Assembly: GCA_963749075.1 (NCBI GenBank)
Contig: CAVVLJ010000016.1
Coordinates: forward strand, 1,152,001-1,216,000
Reading direction: 5' to 3'
DNA from: an uncultured Pseudomonadota bacterium
GTDB taxonomy: Bacteria > Pseudomonadota > Alphaproteobacteria > JACZXZ01
Length of the DNA stretch: 64,000 bases
Part shown: positions 38,787 to 48,986 of the stretch, piece after piece
Layout of the letters: each line of letters opens with the position of its first letter
Numbering within the stretch: position 1 is the first letter of the stretch
Program-made: the position numbers and the translations under genes
Notes under the pieces: model-generated
Told to the model about the DNA's origin: nothing
The model's database searches: none
The model's input: the letters and a program-made list of their open reading frames with translations, nothing else

Positions 38787-39854
38787 CTATTCGACGACGA
38801 TCCGCGCGTCGTGGTAACCCGCGCGCACCGCGAGGTCGAGCAGTCTGTCGGCGTCGTCGACGCTGGACGCGGGGCCAACGCGCACGCGGTAAAAGGCTTG
38901 CCCGTCGATGCTCGCCTCTGTGATCTTGCTGGCGCCCATGACAGCGACCTTGGCGCGCAGGCGGCTCGCGTTGTCGTATTGGCTGAAGGCACCGACCTGG
39001 ACATAGATCGAGGTCGGCTTCACCGGCTCGACGGCGACCGCCTGCGCGAGCACGGCCTGGACCGGGTCGGGGGGAGCGCTCGAAGTCACCGGTGCGAGGA
39101 ACGGCGCGTCCTGGGCCACCACCGGTGCGGGAGCCGGTGCCGCGGCGGGGGCCGCTGCCGAGGACGGTGGAGGGGGCGGCGGCACTGCCGCAGATGCGGC
39201 CGGCGCCTGCTGCGGCGGCGGCTGAGCGGGCGGCGGCATTGCCGCGGCGGGCGGCGGCGCCAGCCCCTCGGCGCTCACCTTCTCGGTCGGCACCGCCGCG
39301 GCGATGCGCTCGGCGGTGGGAATCTCGCCCTGCTGGGCCAAGAGGACCGCCTGACGGCTCTCGTCGGGAAGGATCTGCACCCGCACCTTGGCCGTGCCGG
39401 TGCCGACCATGCCGATGAGCTGCGCGGCACGGCGCGACAAATCGATGACCCGCCCGCGCACATAAGGCCCGCGGTCGTTGATCCGCACCACGATCGAGCG
39501 GCCGTTATCGAGGTTGGTGACCCGCACGATGCTCGGCAGCGGCAGCGTCGGATGGGCGGCGGTGAGGTCGTTCATGTTGTAGACCTCGCCGCTCGCGGTG
39601 TACTTGCCGTGGAAATCCGGCCCGTACCAGGAGGCGATGCCGGTCTCGTCGTAGTTGTAGTCGACTCGCGGATAGTACCAGACGCCATCGACCTGGTAGG
39701 GCGCGCCGACCTTGTAATAGCCGCGGCCCGACGGTCCCGCGGAGGGGGCCACCCCCTCCTTCGCCGGCGGCGGCGCGCTCCGCTCGCCGCAGCCGGCAAG
39801 GAGAGCGGCCGAGGCAATGGCCGTGGCGCAGAAGATGACCTTCCGCGGGCGCAT
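38787..39854 (-). CDS. rlpA: septal ring lytic transglycosylase RlpA (lipoprotein, SPOR domain)
   Basis: Lipobox LLAGC, GIASWYG, TAAHPTLP, RINDRGP, C-terminal SPOR VQVGAFS. Confidence 0.95.
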   Translation of the reverse strand: MRPRKVIFCATAIASAALLAGCGERSAPPPAKEGVAPSAGPSGRGYYKVGAPYQVDGVWYYPRVDYNYDETGIASWYGPDFHGKYTASGEVYNMNDLTAAHPTLPLPSIVRVTNLDNGRSIVVRINDRGPYVRGRVIDLSRRAAQLIGMVGTGTAKVRVQILPDESRQAVLLAQQGEIPTAERIAAAVPTEKVSAEGLAPPPAAAMPPPAQPPPQQAPAASAAVPPPPPPSSAAAPAAAPAPAPVVAQDAPFLAPVTSSAPPDPVQAVLAQAVAVEPVKPTSIYVQVGAFSQYDNASRLRAKVAVMGASKITEASIDGQAFYRVRVGPASSVDDADRLLDLAVRAGYHDARIVVE

Positions 39855-39901
39855 ATCTGGTGGACTCCCCCGATCTAGCCGCATCATCTAGTGGGCCTAG
39901 A

Positions 39902-40921
39902 TTACTGGCCCGCGATGCGATCGGCAAGCAGTCCGACGGCGGTGGCGAAGAAAACCGAGTGATTCCACCGCATGATGACGCGGAAATTGTCATAGACCAG
40001 GTAGGCGGGGCCGTCGTCGCCGGCCGGGAGCACGATGGAGGCGGCGAGCGTCGGGCCGGGGAGCGGCGTGCCGTCCGCCCGGCGCACGCCCAAGGCCGTC
40101 CATTCCGCGACCTCTTTCTCGGTCGCGAGCTCGGCGAGGGAGGCATCGAAGCCCTGGGGAAGCTTGACCTCCTCGCCCCAGCTCTCATCCGACTGCCAGC
40201 CGAGCTGGGCGAGATAATTGGCGGTCGAGGCGAAGACGTCGGCCGGATTGTGCCAGATGTCGCGCTGGCCCTTGCCCTCGTAGTCGACGGCATAGCGCAG
40301 GTAGCTCGACGGCATGAACTGGGCCTGGCCCATGGCGCCCGCCCAGGAGCCGCGCAGGCTCGCGAGATCGATGTAGCCGAGGTCGAGGATCTTGAGCGCG
40401 GCGACGAGCTCGCCCCGGAAATAGCCGGCGCGCCGGCCGTCATAGGCGAGCGTGGCCAGGGCCTCGATCACGGGATAGTCCCCCGTGGTGCGCCCGAAGT
40501 CGCTCTCGATTCCCCACAGCGCCACGATGAAGCGCGGCGCCACGCCGTAGCTCGCGGCGACCCGCTTGAGAAGAGCCTCGTTCTGCACCAGGAGGTCGCG
40601 GCCCCGTGCTACGCGAGTCGGCGAGACGACGCGCGAGACATATTCGTCGAAAGTGAGGGTGAATTCGGCCTGCTTGCGGTCGAGCTCGATGATGTGGGGG
40701 ATCGGCTCCACGTGAGCGAGCGCCGCATCGAGCGTGCGCTGGGATATGCCGTCCGTGCGCGCTTCGCTCTTGAAGTCGCGCAGCCAGGTCGCGAAGTCCA
40801 CGTCGTTGGCCGCGGCGGAAAGGCCGCCCGCCAGGAACAGCATCGCCGTTCCGGCAAGGGCGGCCGCGGCGTGCGTCCATGGGCGGCCGCGCGCCGCACG
40901 CCAGGCTCGCTTGAGCATCAT
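39902..40921 (-). CDS. mltB: lytic murein transglycosylase (MltB/SLT_2 family)
   Basis: WGIESDFG, GSWAGAMGQAQFMPSSY, NFRVIMRWN. Confidence 0.92.
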   Translation of the reverse strand: MMLKRAWRAARGRPWTHAAAALAGTAMLFLAGGLSAAANDVDFATWLRDFKSEARTDGISQRTLDAALAHVEPIPHIIELDRKQAEFTLTFDEYVSRVVSPTRVARGRDLLVQNEALLKRVAASYGVAPRFIVALWGIESDFGRTTGDYPVIEALATLAYDGRRAGYFRGELVAALKILDLGYIDLASLRGSWAGAMGQAQFMPSSYLRYAVDYEGKGQRDIWHNPADVFASTANYLAQLGWQSDESWGEEVKLPQGFDASLAELATEKEVAEWTALGVRRADGTPLPGPTLAASIVLPAGDDGPAYLVYDNFRVIMRWNHSVFFATAVGLLADRIAGQ

Positions 40922-40981
40922 GGCGCCACTTCTGCCATAGGCTCGGGCGCGCGTAAAGCACTGCTCGCGGCGCCCGCGTTT

Positions 40982-41779
40982 CTAGGGTGCCGGGAACAGC
41001 GCATCGCTGCGCCCCATGAGCCGGTAAGCGACGAGGCCGAGCCACTCCTTGGCCGCGTCATCGAGGGTCGTGAGCGAAGCGGCGAATGCGAAGCGATTGA
41101 CGGCACGGCCGTCGCCGGTGGTGCGGAAATCGACCGGATCCGGGATGACGGCCCAGTGCGCCTGGCGAAAGACGCCCATCGCGCGCGGCATGTGCGCGGC
41201 CGAGGTGACGAGGAGCCATGTCTCGCCCGGCTTGGGCGCCGCGAGCTCCTTGCTGAAGAGGGCGTTTTCGTACGTGTTGCGCGAGCGGCTCTCGAGGATG
41301 AGCCGGGGCGGCGCCAAGCCCATCTCCGCGAAGAAGCGCCGGGCGATCTCGGCCTCGCTGAGCGGGCCGGGAAAGAGCCGGCCCGAGCCGCCCGTGAAGA
41401 GGACGCGCGCATCGGGAAAGAGGCGGGCGAGCCGGAGCGCCTCGGTAAGCCGCCCGGCACCTTCCGCCAGCGTCACCTGCCCGCGCGCAGCACTGATCTC
41501 CTCGTCGAGCGCCCCTCCCAGCACGATGATGCCGTCGGCGTGCGAAGGCAGGCTCGCGAGCTGCGGGAAGCGGTTCTCGAGCGGGCTCAGCAGAAGATCG
41601 GGGAGCGGCGTCAGCACGGCAACGGCGCCGGCCGCGGCTGCCAGGGCCACGAGCGCGCGCCCGAGGCGCCGCGCGCGCGTGCCCGGGCAATAGAGCAGAA
41701 TGGCGCCCGCGGCGAGGAGGAGGAGCAGGAAATTGCCCGGCCTCGCCACGAGAAAGAGGATCTTCGAGAGCACGAACAT
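40982..41779 (-). CDS. YdcF/ElyC (DUF218) family membrane protein
   Basis: IIVLGG, FTGGSG, ESRSRNTYENA, VTSAAHMPRA, KEWLG. Confidence 0.92.
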   Translation of the reverse strand: MFVLSKILFLVARPGNFLLLLLAAGAILLYCPGTRARRLGRALVALAAAAGAVAVLTPLPDLLLSPLENRFPQLASLPSHADGIIVLGGALDEEISAARGQVTLAEGAGRLTEALRLARLFPDARVLFTGGSGRLFPGPLSEAEIARRFFAEMGLAPPRLILESRSRNTYENALFSKELAAPKPGETWLLVTSAAHMPRAMGVFRQAHWAVIPDPVDFRTTGDGRAVNRFAFAASLTTLDDAAKEWLGLVAYRLMGRSDALFPAP

Positions 41780-41854
41780 GGCGGCGCTTCATAGACCGTG
41801 CGGCCGGCAATGACAATTTCCGGCGCCGCCGACGCCGCACCCCGGCATCGCCCC

Positions 41855-44290
41855 CTATCCGAGCGCCAGCGCGAAACGGCCCCGGCGAACCATGGCGCTG
41901 GCGTCCGCGAGTGCGACCGGCTTGCTGAAGTAGCCGCCCTGCCCCTCGGCGCAGCCGCGCGTCCGGAGGAACTCGAGTTGCGCCCCGGTCTCGACGCCCT
42001 CGGCAACGAGCGGTATGCGCAGCGCCGTGGCGAGATTGATGATCGCCTCGACGATCGCCGAATTGCTCGGGTCCGCGGGCACGCTCGCGACGAAGACCTG
42101 GGCGATCTTGATGCGGTCGACGGGGAAGGCGCGCAGGTACTCGAGCGACGAATAGCCGGTGCCGAAGTCGTCGATGGCGATGCGGACGCCGATCTCTCCC
42201 AGCCGGCTCAGGATGTCGCGGTGCGCCTGGGTGGTCTCCATGAAAACGGTCTCGGTGATCTCGAGCTCGAGGCGCTGCGCCGGAAAACCCGTCCTGGCGA
42301 GGGCCGCCTCCAGGATGTCGACATAGAGCGCGCCGCGCTTGAGCACGGAGCTCGAGACGTTGACCGAGAGCACGCGCGGTGCGATGCCCTCGTCCACCCA
42401 GTGCCGCCCGAAGCGGCACGCCTCCTCGAGCATCCAGGCGTCGAGGTCGAGGATCAGGCCGCTGCGCTCGGCCTCGGCGATGAAGAGGCTCGGCGGCAGC
42501 AGTCCGCGCGTCGGATGCTGCCAGCGCAGCAGGCACTCGATGCCGACGATGGCGCCGCTTGCGAGATCGACCTGCGGCTGGCAGCGCACCGCGAGCTCGC
42601 CGCGCTTCAAGCCGCCGCGCAGGTCCTCGACGAGTGCCGCGCGGGCGCGCACCTCGTCGTCCATCTCGGGCAGATGGAAGCAGAAGCGGCCGCCGCCCTC
42701 GCCCTTCGCCTTGTACATGGCAAGGTCCGCGTGCGCCAGCGTCTCCTGCTCGCCGCCGGTCCCGCCGGCATAGATGGCAATCCCGACGCTGGCGTCGATG
42801 TGGGTCTCATGCGCGCCCAGCTGGAAAGTCCCGGCGAGCGAGCCGAGGAGCTTCGCCGCCAGCAATGCCGCGTCGGCAGGATCGCGGAGGGCGGTCTGGA
42901 TGACGGCGAACTCGTCGCCGCCGAGGCGCGCCACCGTGTCGGTATCGCGCACCCCTTGCGTGAATCGCTCGGCGACGGCCTTGAGCAGCTCGTCGCCGAT
43001 CTGGTGGCCGAGGGTGTCGTTGACCTCCTTGAAGTGGTCGAGATCGAGGTAGAGCACGGCGAATTTGCTCTCGCCGCGCTTCACTCTGGCGATCTCCTGC
43101 CTCAGGCGCTCGAGGAACATCATGCGGTTGGGCAGGCCGGTGAGGAAGTCGTGGCGCGCGGAATGGATGGTCTCCTGCTCCGCGCGCTTGCGCTCGCCTA
43201 TCTCCCGCTGCAGGCTCGAGGCGAGTGCCTTCAGGCGGTCGGCGCCGTAGCGGCCGCGGGCGAGATAGAAGGTCAAGAGGGCGGTGAGCGCCAGGCCGAG
43301 GGCGAGCTCGGGCCAGCCGGCCGTGGCGTAGGCTCGGGCGGCCAGCTCCGGCGTCGGTCGAACGATCACGGTCCAGTCGCGCCCCGCGAAATTGAACGAG
43401 GAACCGGCGTAAGGCGCTTTCAATATGGACGACTCGTCGATTTCTTCGGCCGAAGCACGGCTCTTGTCCGCCGCGCGGTAATAGAAGACCCTGTCGCGGG
43501 GTGCGGCGCCGTCGTCGAGCACATACATCTCAAGCCCGCGGGACGTGGCCTGCACGGCCTCCGTGATGGCATCGAGGGCGGGACTCGTGAGTAGCCTGAA
43601 CGCCAGCATGCCGACGGGTTCGGCCTCGCCCAGACGCGTCGCCGCGGCGCCGAGCGGCGAGGCGAAGACCGGCACGAAGATGAGGCAGCCTCGGCCGCCC
43701 ATGTAATAGCGGATCGGCGGCGTGGCGGACGGCATGTCCCTGGCGGTCGCGCGGCGCACCGTATCGGCGCGATCGCTCTCCGAAAGGAGGTCGAAGCCAA
43801 AGGGGGCTTTGACGTTCGCCGGCGCGAAATAGCGGATGGGAAAATACTCGTCCCGCGCGCCGGCAGGGATGAAGCCGCCTTTGGGCGCCGGCTCGATGAT
43901 GCGATAGTCGGCGAAACCTTCGGCACGGGCCGCCGCCTCGAAGCTCGCGCGCCCGGCGGCCGTGACGCGCGGCTCCCAGCTCACGTTCTGGAAGCCGCTC
44001 CCGAGGAGATGGCTCGCGAGGAAGACGTCGCGCGCGTAAGCCTGGAAACGCTCGCGATTAATCTCGGCGTAAGGAAACGAGGCGGCGAAGCCCTCGATCG
44101 TGCCCTCGTAGCGGCCGAGGACCCCCTGAATGTCGCGTGCACGCAGCTCCGCCTGCGCCGCGAGGCTGTCCTTGAAACGATCCTCGGCGCTGCGGCGCAG
44201 GCTCTCGAACGCGGTCAGCGAGACAGCGACGCCGATGCAGGCTGCCAGTGCCGCGGGCCAGTATTTGCGGGCTAGAGCAACGTCGACCAA
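41855..44290 (-). CDS. CHASE-domain diguanylate cyclase/phosphodiesterase (GGDEF-EAL)
   Basis: TM-CHASE (YFPIRY..P, GFDLLSE..R)-TM, intact RLGGDEF, ECLLRW, DDFGTGYSS. Confidence 0.92.
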   Translation of the reverse strand: MVDVALARKYWPAALAACIGVAVSLTAFESLRRSAEDRFKDSLAAQAELRARDIQGVLGRYEGTIEGFAASFPYAEINRERFQAYARDVFLASHLLGSGFQNVSWEPRVTAAGRASFEAAARAEGFADYRIIEPAPKGGFIPAGARDEYFPIRYFAPANVKAPFGFDLLSESDRADTVRRATARDMPSATPPIRYYMGGRGCLIFVPVFASPLGAAATRLGEAEPVGMLAFRLLTSPALDAITEAVQATSRGLEMYVLDDGAAPRDRVFYYRAADKSRASAEEIDESSILKAPYAGSSFNFAGRDWTVIVRPTPELAARAYATAGWPELALGLALTALLTFYLARGRYGADRLKALASSLQREIGERKRAEQETIHSARHDFLTGLPNRMMFLERLRQEIARVKRGESKFAVLYLDLDHFKEVNDTLGHQIGDELLKAVAERFTQGVRDTDTVARLGGDEFAVIQTALRDPADAALLAAKLLGSLAGTFQLGAHETHIDASVGIAIYAGGTGGEQETLAHADLAMYKAKGEGGGRFCFHLPEMDDEVRARAALVEDLRGGLKRGELAVRCQPQVDLASGAIVGIECLLRWQHPTRGLLPPSLFIAEAERSGLILDLDAWMLEEACRFGRHWVDEGIAPRVLSVNVSSSVLKRGALYVDILEAALARTGFPAQRLELEITETVFMETTQAHRDILSRLGEIGVRIAIDDFGTGYSSLEYLRAFPVDRIKIAQVFVASVPADPSNSAIVEAIINLATALRIPLVAEGVETGAQLEFLRTRGCAEGQGGYFSKPVALADASAMVRRGRFALALG

Positions 44291-44565
44291 AGGCGCGCCT
44301 CGTGTGCGCCGGCACGATCTTGAGCGGCAGTGCTAAACCTGATAAACTTGAACAAATCCAAAGGCAACAAGAAATAAGTTAAAGAGTAATGCGGCGGAGC
44401 CGGCAATAGAGCTCGACCTTGGGCGGAGCAAGAGCGCAAAACTATTTCCCATGCCTTTGCCGGCGCCGGAGGGGTGGCGCGCGCGTACTTCGCGATAGCG
44501 AGGAATCCTCTCGAGGCGGCGCACCCAGGCGCAAGCGGTGGACCGCCGGCCCATGGCAGCGCGCG

Positions 44566-45366
44566 ATGGCGCTTCTCCTCGCCGCGGCGGCGCTCGCGGC
44601 ATCGCCCGAAGCGTTGGCCAGGGCCGACGCGCTCGACGCCATTCGGGCACGCGGCACGCTCATCGTCGGCACCAAGGCCGATTACCGGCCGTTCGGCTTT
44701 CGCGACGGCTCCGGCGCCATCGTCGGCTTCGAGCCCGACCTCGCGGCGGAGATCGCGAAGCGGCTCGCGGTCAAGCTCGCGCTCGTGCCGGTCGTGGCCG
44801 CCAACCGCCTGGAGCTCCTTGCAGAGGGCAAGGTCGACCTCGTGATCGCGACCATGAACGACACGCCGGAGCGGCACAAGCTCGCCGACTTCGTCGAGCC
44901 CAGCTATTATGCCTCCGGCGTCAATGTCCTGGCGCCGCGCGCACTGCATCTGCACATCTGGCAGGAACTGGAGGGCAAGCGGGTCTGCACGATCCAGGAC
45001 GCCTTCTACGTCGGGGAGATCAAGCAACGCTATGCGCCCGAAATCCGCACCTACAAATATACGAACGAGATCTACGCTGCGCTGCGGCAGGGCACGTGCG
45101 ATGCGGTGCTCTATGACGACACGGCGCTCATCGGCCAGCTCCAGGCCCTCGGGTGGAGCGATTTCGAGATGCCGCTCCGCTCGATCCTCGTCGAGCCGTG
45201 GGGCATGGCGGTGCGGCTCGGCGAGCAGCACTTCGCGGCGATGCTGTCCGAGATGGTCAGGGGCTGGCACAAGAGCGGGCGCATCATCGCGCTCGAGAAG
45301 AAATGGTCCATCCCTCCCTCGGTCTTCGCCGAGGAAATGCACGAGCGCTATCAAGACAGCCAATAG
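44566..45366 (+). CDS. amino-acid ABC-type substrate-binding protein (family 3)
   Basis: Signal peptide, RGTLIVGTKADYRPFGF, GFEPDLA, KVDLVIA. Start uncertain (ORF open from 44419). Confidence 0.88.
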   Translation: MALLLAAAALAASPEALARADALDAIRARGTLIVGTKADYRPFGFRDGSGAIVGFEPDLAAEIAKRLAVKLALVPVVAANRLELLAEGKVDLVIATMNDTPERHKLADFVEPSYYASGVNVLAPRALHLHIWQELEGKRVCTIQDAFYVGEIKQRYAPEIRTYKYTNEIYAALRQGTCDAVLYDDTALIGQLQALGWSDFEMPLRSILVEPWGMAVRLGEQHFAAMLSEMVRGWHKSGRIIALEKKWSIPPSVFAEEMHERYQDSQ

Positions 45367-45420
45367 CGCGGCGGCCTCCGCGGCCACGGGCTGAGCGGCG
45401 AGGCGGGGCGCATTCCCGGC

Positions 45421-47019
45421 ATGGCTGCAAACGGCTTCCTTTCGCGCCGCGGCCTTGCGCCGGACATCGCCGGCCTCCTGGCGGTTGCCCTCGCGATCGC
45501 CGCCGTCTATGGGCGGAGCTTCGACTATCCCACCTTCAACCCCGAGCATGCGCTGCTCTTCGCCGCCAATGACGGGCTCAGCTGGCGCGGCCTCCTCGAC
45601 AAGTACCTAGACGTGGCGCCGGGCTTCTACAAGCCGACCACCTTCTACGGCTATTACCAGCTGATGAGCGGCATCTTCGGCTGGCACGACATCGCGGCAT
45701 TCAGGGCCGCCTCCATCCTCCTCCTCTTCGCCTTCGGCGCGGCCGTTTATCGTTTCTCCATCACGCTCATGGCGGGCGACCGCCTGGCGGCCTCGAGTGC
45801 CGCCGTGCTCACCGTGGTTCACCCGCTGCTCTTCACCATCGTCTACGAGGCGATCGGCTTCGATCTCGTCAACCACCTCTGCGTCCTTGGCGCCGCGGCG
45901 CTGTTCTGCGGCCGCAGCTTCGTCGGCAGATGGGGAGCGGCGGCCCTAGCGCTCGCCGTCCTCCTCTACCTCGTGGCGCTCACCGCGAAGGAGCAGGCGG
46001 TGATCCTGCCGGCGTTCCTTTTCCTCGTGCTGCTCATCGAGCGCTTCATGGGGCCGCTCTCGGCCGAGGCGGGGCTCGCCGTGGCGGAGCGGAGGCGGCT
46101 CCGGCGCCGGCGCTGGGCCTGCTTCCTCCTCGTCGCCATACTTACGGCCGCTTATCTCTGGCGCATCATCTTCGCGCGCTACGGCTTCGCCATGTTCACG
46201 CTCTCGCACCAGGACGCTACCTACCGCGCGGCGTTCGATCCGAAGATCGTGCTCAGCAATCTCGTGAGCGGTCCCTTCGGGGTCGCCCACATCTTCAGGT
46301 GGCCGATGGTCACCTGGGGCATGAGCTGGATTCAGGACAAATGGTGGAACACGCTCTTCGGGGCAGCGCTGCTCGCGGCAATCGCCTCGCACGTCGGCCG
46401 TGCGGTGCTGAAGCGCGACAGGGCCGAGCTCGCGCGCTTCGCCGTCCTCCTGGCCCTGCTCCTCACCGCCGCGGCGCCGCCAATCTTCAGCGGCGGGCGG
46501 CCGTGGCACTACACGCTTTGCGTCGCGGCCTATGCCGTGATGGCCGGGCGCGCCTTCGCGGCACTGGCGCGGCGTGCAGCAGGGGGGCGGCGGCCGGCCG
46601 TGCTCGGCACAGCGCTCGCCGCGGCCTTCGTCGCCCTCTCTGTCATGGAGCACGGCAATTTCGCGCGCGAGGTGCGCTTCCGCATGCCCCTCTTCCGGCT
46701 CAACGCCGAGGCGCTCGCGCGGCCCCCCGTGGCCCCGGCGGCCATGCCGCGCGGCGCCACCATCCTCTATTCCATCAAGGGGCACGAGGGCTGGGACTTC
46801 GGCGCCGGCAATCTCTTCCGCCTCGCCTACCTCGACCCGACCATCGACGAGGTCCAGGCCCCCGACGCGGCGCACCTGACGCCTGAGATGGCCAGCACCT
46901 GGCGCGCGGCACCGCACGCCTACTACTTCACCTACGACCCGGCACGCACCCCACCCTGGCAGGACGACACCGCCCGCTTCAAGGCAAAGCTCGGGGCGGC
47001 AGCACGGCCGCCCGGCTAG
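45421..47019 (+). CDS. polytopic membrane protein, GT-C/ArnT-like glycosyltransferase fold suspected
   Basis: About 11 TM segments, FYKP after TM1, VHPL, ALTAKEQAV motifs typical of GT-C proteins. Confidence 0.6.
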   Translation: MAANGFLSRRGLAPDIAGLLAVALAIAAVYGRSFDYPTFNPEHALLFAANDGLSWRGLLDKYLDVAPGFYKPTTFYGYYQLMSGIFGWHDIAAFRAASILLLFAFGAAVYRFSITLMAGDRLAASSAAVLTVVHPLLFTIVYEAIGFDLVNHLCVLGAAALFCGRSFVGRWGAAALALAVLLYLVALTAKEQAVILPAFLFLVLLIERFMGPLSAEAGLAVAERRRLRRRRWACFLLVAILTAAYLWRIIFARYGFAMFTLSHQDATYRAAFDPKIVLSNLVSGPFGVAHIFRWPMVTWGMSWIQDKWWNTLFGAALLAAIASHVGRAVLKRDRAELARFAVLLALLLTAAAPPIFSGGRPWHYTLCVAAYAVMAGRAFAALARRAAGGRRPAVLGTALAAAFVALSVMEHGNFAREVRFRMPLFRLNAEALARPPVAPAAMPRGATILYSIKGHEGWDFGAGNLFRLAYLDPTIDEVQAPDAAHLTPEMASTWRAAPHAYYFTYDPARTPPWQDDTARFKAKLGAAARPPG

Positions 47020-47055
47020 GGCGGGTTCCGGCTCGATGGAATCGCCAATTATTCT

Positions 47056-47110
47056 CGTCACCCCCGGGCTTGACCCCCCGGGTCGAAGAGCCCGGGGGCG
47101 GCAATGACGA
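47056..47110. repeat. palindromic repeat / terminator-like hairpin
   Basis: CCCCCGGGCT...AGCCCGGGGG stem downstream of the membrane protein gene. Confidence 0.5.
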
Positions 47111-47229
47111 CAAGAGGCGGTGCCAACTAAATGGGAACCGCCCAAGGGCAGCGACAACCGGGCCCGCGCGGCCGCGAGATGGCAATTTCATCGCGCGGCG
47201 CGATCTGCTAAGCCCGCAGCGTCGGCAGC

Positions 47230-47319
47230 GGATGGGTGGCCGAGCGGTTTAAGGCACCGGTCTTGAAAACCGGAGGACCCGCAAGGGTCCCGTGGGTTCG
47301 AATCCCACCCCATCCGCCA
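47230..47319 (+). tRNA. tRNA-Ser (anticodon TGA)
   Basis: Acceptor GGATGGG/CCCATCC, anticodon arm CCGGT-CTTGAAA-ACCGG, long variable arm, GGTTCGAATC T-loop, GCCA end. Confidence 0.98.
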
Positions 47320-47425
47320 AACCCGCCGTTCGCGTTTGGTCGCCGACGCCGGAGAACATATTGAAAAATAGCCTATTTTACTGTATAATGCGCTCGTTGT
47401 CGTCCGTCCGCGTTCGCCCGAGGTT

Positions 47426-48727
47426 GTGGGTAAACGCATCGGCGGCGTGGGTAGACATGCGGGTAAAACGAGTTGGGCGGACGTGGCGCAATTTGTGGGT
47501 AGGCTCACCGCGCTCAAGGTTCTCAAGACGAAGAGGCCGGGAATGCATGCCGACGGCGCCGGCCTCTATCTGCAAGTGACCGGCGACGGCGGCGCGCATG
47601 TCGCGAAGTCGTGGATTTACCGCTTCACGCTTCGCGGCAGAGCTCGCGAGATGGGGCTGGGCTCGCTCTCAACATTCAGCCTGGCCGAGGCTCGGATCAA
47701 GGCAGCCGAGTGGCGGCGACTGGCCTACGAGGGCATAGACCCGATCGAGGCCCGCAGGTCCGAGCGCGCCAGGGCCGCGCTCGATGCCGCCAAGGCGCTG
47801 ACCTTCAAGGAATGCACGAAGCAGTACATCGCGGCGCACAGCACTGGCTGGCGCAACGCCAAGCACGCGGCGCAATGGAGCACCACCGTTAAGACCTACG
47901 CCGAACCTGTTATTGGCGCCCTGCCTGTCCAAAACATCGACACGGCATTGGTGATGAAAATCCTCGAGCCGCTTTGGCCGAAGAAGCCAGAGACTGCGGC
48001 CCGACTTCGCGGCCGCATCGAGGCCGTGCTCGATTGGGCGACCGTGCGCGGCTATCGCCAGGGCGAGAACCCGGCGCGGTGGCGCGGCCATCTCGACAAG
48101 CTGCTGCCGGCGCCCGCCATGGTGCGCAAGGTGAAGCACCATGCCGCGCTGCCTTATGACGAGCTGCCTGAGTTCATGGCTGCGTTGCGCGCCCAGGAGG
48201 GTGTTGCGGCGCGCGCGCTCGAGTTCCTGATCCTCACGGCGGCGCGCACGGGCGAGGTGATCGGCGCGCGCCCAGACGAGATCAAGGACAAGGTTTGGAC
48301 GGTGCCGGCCGGGCGCATGAAGGGCGGCACAGAGCATCGCGTGCCGCTGTCGGCCGCTGCGTTGGCGATCGTCGAGATGATGGCGAAGGAGCATGGCGGC
48401 GAGTTCCTGTTCCCCGGCGGCAAGCGCGGCAAGCCGCTGAGCAACATGGCGATGCTGGCGCTACTTGCGCGCATGGGCCGCGCGGATCTGACCGCGCATG
48501 GCTTCCGTTCCACGTTCCGCGATTGGGCCGCCGAGCGCACGAACTACCCGCGCGAAGTGGTCGAGATGGCGCTGGCGCATGCGATCGAGAACAAGGTCGA
48601 GGCCGCCTATCGGCGCGGCGACCTCTTCGACAAACGCCGCTCGCTGATGGCCGAATGGGCGAAGTTCTGTGCCCGGATCAAGCGCCCAGGCGATGGTCAG
48701 GTCGTGCCGATCGGGCGTCACGGATAG
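47426..48727 (+). CDS. P4-like tyrosine integrase with Arm-DNA-binding domain
   Basis: HADGAGLYLQV, TAARTGE, RMK, HGFRSTFRDW, LAH, AAYRR. Confidence 0.96.
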   Translation: MGKRIGGVGRHAGKTSWADVAQFVGRLTALKVLKTKRPGMHADGAGLYLQVTGDGGAHVAKSWIYRFTLRGRAREMGLGSLSTFSLAEARIKAAEWRRLAYEGIDPIEARRSERARAALDAAKALTFKECTKQYIAAHSTGWRNAKHAAQWSTTVKTYAEPVIGALPVQNIDTALVMKILEPLWPKKPETAARLRGRIEAVLDWATVRGYRQGENPARWRGHLDKLLPAPAMVRKVKHHAALPYDELPEFMAALRAQEGVAARALEFLILTAARTGEVIGARPDEIKDKVWTVPAGRMKGGTEHRVPLSAAALAIVEMMAKEHGGEFLFPGGKRGKPLSNMAMLALLARMGRADLTAHGFRSTFRDWAAERTNYPREVVEMALAHAIENKVEAAYRRGDLFDKRRSLMAEWAKFCARIKRPGDGQVVPIGRHG

Positions 48728-48986
48728 AACGGACTTGCGACAACCGGTTGGATTGCTGACAGTTACGAGGACACGCAACCACCGAGACCGACACTCACTC
48801 GCGGTCACAATTTGAATCCGTCAATTGACTGGTGAAGGTCTCGGCGTCGAATTTCCGGGTGATTTCCCAGAAAGCCAGTTACGGGAGAGCGGACTTATTG
48901 CAAATATCAAGACTTACGCAAAAAAAACCTAGCCCGCTGATCCGACGGCCCTTTTCTTTTGCATAAGCCGGATTCATAATCGCGGC

